A stretch of 64,000 nt of DNA from Phoronis australis. Taxonomy: Eukaryota > Animalia > Phoronida. The notes under the pieces were generated by a model. It saw only the letters and a program-made list of their open reading frames with translations, made no database searches and was not told the origin of the DNA. The stretch covers positions 230,256 through 294,255 of the forward strand of contig NMRA01000109.1 of NCBI GenBank assembly GCA_002633005.1, in the 5' to 3' direction. A program made the position numbers and the translations under genes. Each line of letters starts with the position of its first letter. The first letter of the stretch is position 1. This document shows, piece after piece, positions 53,401 through 64,000 of the stretch.

Positions 53401-54354
53401 TTCATCTTCTCCTACACCTGCAGCAGCTGCTACCACTCTGTTGAGCTTTCAATACTGACTATCGATATGAACTATTAAAAGGTTTTTAGAACAGCCAGGC
53501 TTTTATACTACAAAATAGACCCGCAGTAGCACCGTGCAAGCACCTCAATACAAGCACCACAATAACAACGTCGGCACAGCTGTAGGAACTCAGGGGCACC
53601 GCAGAAAGATCGCCAAATTCTCTAAAATTTCCTTCCTGGCTCCGTAGTGGTATCCCCATAACCGCAGTAGAACAGCCAGGGGATCGCCGTAGGATCGCCA
53701 GTCTACGTTTTTGGTGATTGCACGGCGGATGTACTGCAGAAGCACGACGGTGATGGAGATGCTTCTGCGCTCCTTGTACGCTACCACGGCGGCCATGACG
53801 GTGTCGCTGCAATCCTACTGCGGATTGGCCCAGCCCGCGGTGACATTGTCGAAGTTTAGAACAAAGTTTCGGCCGTGGCTCCGCGAAGGTCTGAGGTTCT
53901 GAGTTTTCCGTGATGCTACGGCGATCAATGGCGGTACCGCTGCGGAACCACGGCTATCATTGGCGGAACCACTGCGGTTTGTGCTGCACAAGCTTCGCAG
54001 TGGCACTGCACCTCAGGTCTGACCGGGGTATTAACCGCTTGTTTTTAAACTGTATTTGCTGCCAGGAACGACATAAGTAACACTGGTACGTCTTTGAGTT
54101 GATTTTATTTGGTAGCTTTGTTTTTTTTCTGTTTTTTTTGTCTTTCATATTTGTCATATCAACTCTCTTAATTGCAAAAAACAGGGAAATTCCAGCCAAG
54201 CTCACGGCCCAGCTCATTGATCCTGCGAGTCAGCGATTGTTCTACGTTCAGATCGAGTTGAGCTTGTGTAGACTGGGTCGAGGGGGTTGTGGGTCGCGGG
54301 TCAAGAGTGGCGAGGGGGTCGTGCGCCATGGGTCGAGGGTTTTAGAACAATCAA

Positions 54355-54548
54355 AACTACAAGATTAGCAAGAAAAGAACAGATAAGAAGAACAAGAAGA
54401 CCGAGAACAGAAACGAGAAGAGGAGATAGAAATAAAAGAAGGGCAATGAGAGAAATAGCGAAAAGACAAACGAAAAGTGGAGAGAGAGCAGGAACAAGAA
54501 CAGGAAGGAAAAAAAGGTGAACGCGAAGAAGAAGAAGAACAAGAACAG
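54355..54548. repeat. Purine-rich (AAG/AAC) low-complexity tract
   Basis: AAGAACAAGAAG-type repeats. Confidence 0.8.
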
Positions 54549-55595
54549 TCTTCAGGGCTCTAAACTAAGGGACTGTGCTGTATTTATTGACGGCATATAA
54601 CTTAAATCACTTGGCCAAAAAAGGCAATTGTCGGTTTGCTAGCAACTTCAACTTAGAAGCCGGCACATATGGAAAATCAGTTATAATGGATCTCCAATGA
54701 TACTAAGGGTCTGGCCAAGCTAAAACGTAAATAGTTTCCTTTGCATCAGTCAAATTCCTCTACGGGTTTGAGACCACGTTCTTGTTAGCAGTAGGAAACC
54801 TTGACCAAATATCATTCATTGACTCTTTGTTTAAACTCAGTGGTGTAGTTAATGTGATTTGGTAGACATTTTCGACGCAAAGATCACCATTTAATACCCA
54901 GCAATAATTTGTAGATGCTGGCAACCATCTTCAAATGAATATTTTAAAAATTTGTGCGAGTTTCTAAGCTTGAATGAGTACTTTGCCAAGGTAATCAGAC
55001 ACTTTGAAATTAAAAAAATATTAAGTAAACTCCACACGAAGCAACTCAACGAAATTTTGAAGAATACAAACTAATTAAAATAAACAATGTAAGTTATGTT
55101 AAAGATGTACTAGACCAACAGATTAGTCTATTTTGAAAATCAAACAAACCGTTGCCACTAATGACACTAGCCCTGTCTACCCATTCTTCAACAACATGAA
55201 AGCTGAATAAACGCATACAAATGGAATTAAAAAATCATTTGTGAATGGCAATGTATTATGGAGAAATGATTGTCCAAAAAAGCAAATTACCAGGCAAATG
55301 TGCAGATAAGTTTGTATGCTTTTGCGCAATGGTGTATGTCCACATTTTCTTGAGCTTGAACGAATTCCACAAACTTTGGGAGATAAGTAACCTGCACGAC
55401 TTTTTGGTGCTATTACAAATTAGGATTCAATAATAATATTATTTTACAGGTTTTGTCCTATGCTGCGTCCAGGTTCACACTGTCAAAGGCGCTTTTCACG
55501 GTAAGAATCGCACTGATTGTTGCTATTGTTGTCTGCATGTACCGAAAATAGACCAGTGAAATATCGGAGTTACTTGTGTGTGACTGCGAGCCTCC

Positions 55596-55676
55596 GTGTG
55601 CGTGTGCGTGTGTTTGTGTGTGTGTGTTTGAGAGAGAGAGAGAGAGATAGATATATATACATATATATATATATAC

Positions 55677-55741
<65 letters not shown>

Positions 55742-55751
55742 AAGAGAGAGA
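55596..55751. repeat. Compound microsatellite (GT)n(GA)n(TA)n(GA)n
   Basis: Seen directly in the sequence. Confidence 0.97.
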
Positions 55752-57067
55752 TTGAGCCTGTATTATTACTTTTCCATTGTTTCTATTCTTCATTTGTGCA
55801 AGAGGATTTATGAGATACAGGTAATAATTGTTTGTTCGTGGCATTTTCCTGCGCCCATGAATTACCATTTAAAATATGAAAAGTTTACCACGTGACTTAA
55901 TCCGATCCAGTAATTCGTGCTGCTGACTGTGCACATGGTATTTGCCAATTGCCTCACTCTTGGCGGTCTGTCCCACGCTTTTAAATGTTTCCATCGTAAC
56001 GCAACACCATCTAAATGTCCTGCTTTTTGACACAGGGACGCATTGACATATTATCATACAAGTTCAAAAATTTATTGACCACATTACAGCCAATCTAATC
56101 TAATCTAATGAATCATTTTAGGGGTTAGAGAAATTTAGTGAAGTATGACACCACAGACTTTGGTGGTTTTAGAGGTGCCAGGGTAGCTTTCTGGGGAGGG
56201 GGCAACATAAGTAAGTTTTGAATGATCTCAGAGCTGCTAATTATGTGGTAAGTTCATGACCTTTGTAAGCAAAAGCGGCACCTACACTAAACTTCCAATG
56301 TAAGACTGGAACTGTTTTCATGCTTCTGAAAAACCAGTAGCACCTGTACGTTACACCCTTATATCTAAGCAGCCCACACGAGGAAACACGGGCATGTAGA
56401 AAACTCCAGAGGACTCGATTTCCTCGAAAAATTGCAAAAATATAAATATAAATATAGTCAGCCCTTCATGCATTCTTAGGAAAAGGTTCTGAATTTCACT
56501 ATTTTCAGACCTCACATTTGTGTATTTGTCGTGCTAAATCATTCACTATTAGTGTGCCATTTGTACGCACTAAAAGACCGCAAATATAATGCAACAATTA
56601 ATAAAATGATTTGCTTAAATCTCCTTCATTAGTTTTCCGAACACAAAAACGTCCTTCTGTCCAGTGAACAGGATTGGACATGAACTCGACAAATGCACAT
56701 TAGATTTTATTGTTGTTATACCTTGTACATGTAATTTTCTCACTAATAATTCTTCACACATTTTCAAATAAGATTTTCTGTGGATCAAATGTTCATTTGA
56801 AATAATTTGTGATTTGAATCATTTACTAAGATAAAACAGCTGGGAACAGCATGCCTTCGTCTTTCGTCCTTTGTCGCAGAACGTGTTATTGTGTTTTTGC
56901 TTCATTCAGTTTAGTCATCGTATTACATCACTTACTGTTGTTGTTTACTACCACTTCTCCGCATGCAGAAGATGAGCAATACTTCCTATTCCTAGAACTG
57001 TGTATTTGTAAGCATTGTGCATCCTTTATTTGTTCATCTTATTTGATTGGTTAAGTCGCGTTTCTTT

Positions 57068-57176
<109 letters not shown>

Positions 57177-57264
57177 CACTTTCACTTTAAGTAGCTGCAG
57201 TATTATCAGTAGCTTCAGTAGTATGAGTTGATTAGAAGTTGTTTCTCCACATTGAGAGTTGTTC

Positions 57265-57530
57265 TCACCATTCGTTGACAGTCTTCGATATACTGGTCAA
57301 GACTCGTCTCTTGTTCTTGCCTACGAACCACGTCGTACACAGCCAGCCCTTGTCAGCGGCCCTTGGATAACATTCGTGTGGCATATTCAAAGTTTTGAGC
57401 CAGTATTTAACACAGCTAGCAAAGTATCTCGTAAACATAGGGCACCTGCCACATTCACCCAATAATGCAGCGTTAGAGCAGGAACCTTTAATATATGCCG
57501 TCTTAAACATGACCCAAAGGTGGAGAAAAC
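57265..57530 (-). mobile_element. LINE ORF2 fragment downstream of the RT domain
   Basis: SNAALLGECGRCPM...CVKYWLKTLNM...YP, typical of CR1/L2-group ORF2. Confidence 0.75.
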
Positions 57531-58269
57531 GCAAAGAACATGTTTTTGAATGAATATTTTTAACTAAAAAACATATTCATATTTTCCCCAAATCTTGATG
57601 GCTTTAGAAAAAATTCTGACTCATATTTCAAAATTTTCCCATAGTCTTATTTAAATCACAAATTCACAGTTATTACCATAGAGCCATTATCACATAAATA
57701 TACTGTTTCTGTATTTTTGAGGTTTAGCAAATACAAAGGTGTCAGTCAAAATTCCAACTTCATATCAAAACAACTTAAGTTTTAATCATTCTCTATCGAA
57801 TCCCTGGCAACGATTTGAGCTTTATTTGAATTGGATTTCATTTTTTTGTTTTCATAAGCCTTGACCAAGCTGGGAAATGAACTTGAGTGTATTGCCACTA
57901 CTATGAAATAAAGAAACTGAGATTATCGTGTTCAAACCTTGGCTTATTCTACATGTAGTCTGCTTTTGGTCAACTTTACTGAAAATCTGTGTATGTAATG
58001 CTCCAGTTTTATCGAATATGTTAAAAACATCAGGGGGTACTTTCTATCGAAAAATAACCAATTTGCTAGTTGCTGTATTGTAATATTTGAGCTTATTTTC
58101 TTAAAATGTGAGTGCTTCTCGTTGCGCATTTTGACAAAGGGGCCTGTACTCCAGTCATTCTACGCATGACCCGGAGAAATTGCAACAGAAGATTTTATTG
58201 CATAAATCCCCTTAGTGTGAGAAAAAGTCTACCGGAATCGGAGTGGCGGAAGTTGTTTTTTTCAAAGTG

Positions 58270-59085
58270 GTGGACAAAATGGCCGCCAGATTTGCAAATG
58301 ACTATTATAACTCGAGAGTGGAATGTGATAGAGTAAAAATTCATAAAGTTGTACCTATCTTTCGTGGGTCAACAAATCTATTGGAAATAGTTATGCATGT
58401 TCATGGTGACACCGCCCACCATTTTCCAAGATGGCCGCCAAAACTACTTCGAGTCGTACAGCTTTGCTCAAACAGATTAGTGTGTCGTACTCTTGATTCA
58501 AACATTGCATCATAGGTTTTCTGGGTCGACAAATTGAGACTGATTGCATACTTCCACCATTTCCAAGATGGCGGGCAAAATGGCCGCCATATTTGCAAAT
58601 GACCATTATAAATTGAGAGAGGAATGTGACAGTGTAAAAATTCAAAATGGTTTACCTATTTTTTGTGGGCCAACAAATCCATTGGAATTTGTTTTTTTAT
58701 GGCTGTGGTGACATCATCCGCCAATTTTCATGATGGCCGCCAATTTTCATGATGGCCTCCAAAACTATTTCGAGTCGCACAACTTCGCAAAAACAGATTA
58801 GTGTCATGGGCGGCCCACCATAGTGGGATGGGGGGGGGCTGTAGCTCGCCCTACCCCACACTTTTTTCAGTGCTACATGTACGCCGCACTTGATCTATAG
58901 GCGATGCACCACAGAGGGCTGAGGAGGTTTATCCCCCCACTTTTTTAGTGCTGCGCCGCCCATAAGTGTGTCGTCTGGCTTCAAACATTGCATCATAGGT
59001 TTTATAGGCCGACTAATCCATTCAGACTCCTTGCATTTGGCCCTAATGATTACTTCCACCATTTTCTAAGATGGCCACCAAATAG
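58270..59085. repeat. Two ~300-bp tandem units rich in AAGATGGCCGCC, likely subterminal region of the adjacent Academ
   Basis: Units begin AAAATGGCCGCCA.ATTTGCAAATGAC at about 58276 and 58577. The second unit is interrupted by a MITE. Confidence 0.7.
58805..58963. mobile_element. hAT-like MITE
   Basis: CATGGGCGGC...GCCGCCC(AT), flanked by ATTAGTGT / ATAAGTGT. Absent from the first tandem unit. Confidence 0.7.
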
Positions 59086-59569
59086 TTCCTTGTGTAAGAA
59101 CATCAGATTCCAGAGACACGCCATCTTCACAGATGTCATATCCTGAGATTTTATGTGAGCACGTCCGTTACAATAATTTTTGTCTGACTCTGATGATTAT
59201 GATTACCATTTTTAAGATTACTTAACGAATAATAACTTACTTGGGTGAAAAACATCAGGTTCGCCTGGACTGAAGGATAATTCTCCTCTTGAAAAATGTG
59301 CTCTATCGAAAATAACTATCTGCGATTACTTTATTGATCTACTATCCACACTGTCTGTGTCACCTCCAATTAGTTGTAAATGCTAGTGAATACAGCAACA
59401 GTTGAGACAGGAGAAAGGTTTAGCAAAGTATGTTTAGCAGTTTTAACAGTTTATAAGTGCTTGCATAGCTCCCACTACGCTTCTCTTTATTGACGTTACA
59501 AGTCTGTCTGAAACAGTCATTCTCAGTCTGTGTTCAAAATGTATACACAATCAAGCAATATTTACGCAA

Positions 59570-61450
59570 CTAATCTCTGTCAACTGAGAATGAATTGCTG
59601 CAGCTTACATCACTGCAATCTACACAAGCAAGCGAGAACGGCAATCTTAATTTCTGGAAAGTACATATCTTGGAACTGCAGTTGATCTTACGCGAACATC
59701 TTATTACTTTCAGCAGGCTCTCTGGTGGTGCTGACTGGTCCGTCGTTGTGGGACTGAATTTTCCACCTGCCAGCATACATCCCCAATACACCGAGTGTGT
59801 GCCAATGCCACGGAAAATTGACCACTCTTGCTCTTGATAACATTTCCCAGCAGCATGGAATTTAGCTAATGAAGAAAGTTGGTGGTAATGACTGCATATG
59901 GACTGGGGCTACTTTGAAACCTCATCCACAAATAGCCTGTTTCGAAAGTCATCCAAATTTCCAGAGCCAGTTCCGCCATAAAGCATAGACACAACTCTTA
60001 CCAGCTTCAAATATGTGTTGCTTCAGCTGCATGGGTCTAGTGATGTAGTCTAGCATTTTCACATAATTCTCGATCACGCAGTTTCTTGAATGGGAGAGCC
60101 ATAACTAAAACCGAAGAGCCTTAATGTTGTATTGCAACCACATATTACATGCGCAAATGGCAAAATTGCGCAAGTTTCGGCACCAAGAGACAACTGCAGT
60201 TTCTTGATGTCCCAGACTCTCCTCTTCCTTTGGTGCCTCATGTCAAATTTCATGAACATTGGAAATTTTTGTGAAGTAGCATGGTAACACAAAAGAACCA
60301 ACAAGTTTGTATCGACCGTATTGTGCTGCGTTCTCTACTGCTGCTTCTACAATTAAAACATCTGCGTCACCTGGAATTTGTACCTCTGTGCAACTAGCAT
60401 TTCCTAGCAAACTTGACAAGAAGTAAATGTATCGTTGTTTATTTTTGCTCTTTGCTAAAAATGTTCCTTCTTTGACTTGATCACCATGACACCATTGAAG
60501 TGAACTTCAGTTCCAACCACCACAACCCAGTCTTCGAAAATGGGAGACTTCTTTAGTTGATGGTCCATCTCAGTAACCATCTAACACAACAGTAGGCCTG
60601 GCACACTTGCTGATGTAATCCACATAGGCTCTACCAAACAACTGAAATGTTGCACCTCTAGGCCATGGAATACGGTTAAAGAGAGAATTGCCATCGGAAA
60701 CATGCATCACCGTGTTGCCTGGAAATTGAAATCATCAGGTAGTCCCCCACTGGACCAGATTGCATCACCTAATATTGATTTATTAGCGATTGTGGGAATA
60801 CCAGATGTATCAAAAAGAGCAGGGGAATCAATACACAGCTCGAACTTCAAAAGGCTTGATGAATTCCCATTGTTTTCTTTTGCAGCTGTCAGGATTCGCT
60901 GAAATACCAGTCGTGGATCTACTTGCGTAAAATTACTATTAGCAACATCAACTGATTGACTTGACATTGCCACAACATTGTCTTTCTTTCTGAATGTGAA
61001 GTCTTTCACACGTGACCCCATTCATAGACAAGAGAATCGCATTCCCCACTTCTCTGGCATTTTGGCATTGACGTGTGCTCCTGCAGTCACACCAGTGGCG
61101 ATGTTCTGTAATGCTTCTCTTTAAAATATGTTTCTGTTGTGGAGGAATTCAACAAGGCTGCGGATGTCTTTGTCGTCGTGGGTACATTCTCTATGCTGCT
61201 GACTTGTTTAACACTTCAAGTTTGTCGCAGTCTGCATGGCACCATTTATACTTGAGCACGCCGGAAAGGAAAGTAGCCAATGTGCACGTTGCTGCGCATC
61301 TCTCATTTCACAACCTCTAGTTAAACCTCCTGTTGTTTTAATACTTTACATGAGCGTGTGTTCAATTACAAGATCATATGACAAGCCTGCCCAGATTCTC
61401 TCTTTGTGTTATGGCATTTTGGCCGTAGAAGTCTGGACGGGTGTCTTAGG
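59570..61450 (-). mobile_element. Academ (AcademX) transposon protein remnant: transposase C-part, XPG-like nuclease, Cys8 finger
   Basis: WAGLSYDLVIEHTLM*SIKTTGGLTRG, VDPRLVFQR, VVLDGY..PSTKE, GDADVLIV, FAHVICGCNTT, APPESLLKVIRC..C...C..C..C. Many stops and frameshifts. Confidence 0.8.
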
Positions 61451-62289
61451 GTTGCTGCATCTGCTTTACACAAACGCATAAATGAATAAGCAAAGTTTTA
61501 CACAATATCAACTTTAAAAAAATGTCAAAAATCTCCAGTGTATACACCATCCTTAACTGTACAACCACTATAGCCAATACCTGAACTTTTTGGTTTAAAG
61601 GATATACTTATAGTATACATATGTGGCGGAACGGACGTTTCTGTGTGGTTACGTCGCCGTCCGCTGACACCGTTAACAACACGACACAGGTGGCAATAAC
61701 TACGAAACCGTAACAGGTGGAAATAAAGAAGGCCATAAAGATTAAAACCGTGAAGATAAATTTGTGACTCCCCGAGGTCGCAATCACGTAGCAAAGAGAT
61801 CGATATATTGGCTCGTCCGTTGTTCACTGTATTTTTCTTTGCTGTAATGAAGATAAGGGCAAACATTTATCGGTAGCCGGTTGATGTGCTCACATGGTGC
61901 AATACCCAGTCGACGTGTGTTCCTATAGCTAAAAAAGACGCAAGCAGGAAAACAATAGTACTTTCCCATAGATACTAACTATGGTGCGGGCTTACACAGT
62001 CGCATGGATGTCACAAGTTAAACAATGCCTTGCGACCTCCATGCGACGTCTTTGAAGGACGAAAAATGACACGTGTAGCGCGGGTATGATGTGACAACAG
62101 CACGAGCGAGAAGCCAGTCAATAAAAAGATGAGTTACCAGGGTCCAGGATGTAGTTTTCGTTCTCGAAATCGAACTAGAAATTAAATCTTTCAATTCCAA
62201 TTCTACTTTTTTTTGTCCTCGGTAAAATTTATTAAAATGTCATGAACGTCAACAATTTACGTTCAGACTATGTTAAATTGTTATTGTAG

Positions 62290-62604
62290 TCTACCAGGGC
62301 TGCTGGTACGATAATAGATGGCTATCTGAAAGAGCGCTGAACTTTGAAGTCGAGGAAGAATATTATGATGAATGGGACGGACTAACACAAGACAAGTGCT
62401 TCAGAGAATGTAGGAAGAGAGATTACACTTTCGCCGGTGTGGCGTGGGAAGTCTTGTGTTACTGTGGGAATGCCCTAGGTGAAGAAAAACTACATAAAGA
62501 TACAAAATGTCGAGTATATAAATGCCGTGGTAACACAAATCAGTATTGTGGAGGAGATAAAGGATACTACTACGTATGGATGGTGAGCTATGATAAGCTT
62601 CCAA
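62290..62604 (+). CDS. WSC-domain exon of the Kremen-like gene (not in the ORF track)
   Basis: TTATTGTAG acceptor, GTAAGT donor, 315 bp, phase 1-1. VYQGCWYDNRWLSERAL...LTQDKCFRECRKRDYTFAGVAWEVLCYCGN...KCRVYKCRGNTNQYCGG carries the eight WSC Cys. Confidence 0.93.
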
Positions 62605-64000
62605 GTAAGTAGTAACATACTTGTCCTGCAAGATTTAAGAACACTATCTATCCTCATTTTCCTTCAAGATTATTAATGTGTGCGTTTTTGAGTAGGGGTC
62701 AGCGCTTCCACCTATGCTACAAATCCCACAATTGCTTGATCCAGAAGTGTAAATTTTGCACAAACTTCGGAATGCATATGCTTGACCATACAGTTATAAA
62801 ATCGCTTTAAATGAACACCAGCGATGTGTGTAAATTGAAAACTTAAAGTTTTGAATTTGAACTACTCGAAATCTACTAACAGCTACCAAGTTTTACGTCT
62901 TACGTAGGACGCCTACTTGGCAAGTTGGCTGAAGCGTACATAATACTTTAAAACCAGATTAACAACTTATTCGGCCAGCTAATAGTTTTGATTTTTCTTT
63001 GTCAAAACTTTTAATTGAAATTGGTCATCCTTTGGCGGAATTTCGCAAAATATCATTGTTCGTCAAGTCACTGGTGTACCATGTAAAGTAGCTGACGATG
63101 TGCATCACAAACGCTGCAGGCGCCGTTCGCGTCGTCTTCTTTTTGTGGAGTGCAACGGTTACTAAAAACAAGAATGTGCAATAATTGCCGAGTTGGGAGC
63201 ACTGTTAGAAGAGCAACGGATTTCGAAGTGCAGAGAGAAGATTGTAAAAACAGTGAGTATACAATAGACAATTATTGGTCAGTGTTTAGGATTCTGATGA
63301 ATTTCGAGAGATGTACTGCTGCGCTGCATAAAAAGCCCATTACCCGCTTCTGTAGAATATTTCCTTTGATTCCTTGCTACACGCACTAGTTTTGGACAGA
63401 AGTTGGCCTAGTCGCCTTCTAGATTACGAAGCATCAACATCGCCCACTCGCAAGCTCGGACCGTTCTTTAACAACGAGCCCCTCCCGTTTCGTTCGTCGC
63501 TTTCTACTTTCTGGGTGTGACTCCGGGAGACTTCCCAAACTGATGAAAATCAGATAGACTAAATCCTCGATGTATTGGCCAAAATTGTCTAGAAACGATT
63601 TCTGAACACAGAATAACCCATGACAGACAACTTCTACTTCGAAAAATTCTGGCAGAACAGGACGTCTTCAAATGGAATATCTCATACATCCGAGGTACCA
63701 CGCACAAGAACATATGATTTAATGCATGCCACTGACCACTAATTTGCCCGTGAGAAATAAAGTACACCTTGGGATGTGCACGTCAGAAACCTCCACAAAT
63801 AACACAAAACGGCATGCCACTAAAATTTTTCCTATTATAGATATGTGAGGTACCGGCCAAAAATAGTCTAAGTTGAACAATGGTGCTGCATTGACCATCG
63901 ACTTTCATATGGGAAACAAACTCCATTCTGAAAAGGGTTTGCCAGAAACCCCAAAAGAATCCCGACGCAATAAGCTAGCACATACATGTATATTCGAGGT

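Larger units (their letters stand above)
52419..54030. mobile_element. PIF/Harbinger transposon, two-gene internally deleted derivative
   Basis: Convergent transposase and Myb/MADF remnants. GC-rich subterminal region with repeated GGATCGCC/CACGGC, ending TGACCGGGGTA|TTA. The other terminus was not found. Confidence 0.85.

Noticed and set aside
53486-54006. Cluster of overlapping GC-rich ORFs
   Set aside because: Harbinger subterminal repeats; open frames are expected from GC content.
55458-55868. ORFs with LSLSLS / RERERE runs
   Set aside because: Translations of a microsatellite.

Overview
Eukaryotic, AT-rich, intron- and transposon-dense DNA with the look of a marine invertebrate genome; the species cannot be identified from sequence. 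Most entries in the ORF track are spurious. The main host gene is on the + strand, with three in-phase (1-1) exons spread over 40 kb: kringle (22349-22633), a charged/Pro linker (33280-33369) and WSC (62290-62604). This is a Kremen-like Kringle-WSC architecture, and the last two exons are absent from the ORF track. On the - strand, three small exons (16683-16584, 16430-16389, 15085-15055) splice into an open, Cys-rich kringle/FN2-like C-terminus. Several decayed C-type-lectin-, kringle- and WSC-like pieces also lie antisense inside or just beyond the Kremen-like gene. The rest is decayed mobile DNA: a ~3.3 kb near-identical duplication either side of an N (possibly two haplotypes) carrying a THAP pseudogene, three copies of a non-autonomous Kolobok, a piggyBac, a Sola-like TIR element, a GalEa-type Copia with both LTRs and a TSD, a two-gene Harbinger, an AcademX remnant, LINE fragments, MITEs and microsatellites. 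A recurring micro-signal is TA-CATG-TA / TA-GGCC-TA insertions that look like excision footprints. No prokaryotic systems, CRISPR arrays or RNA genes were seen. All alignments and counts were done by eye.
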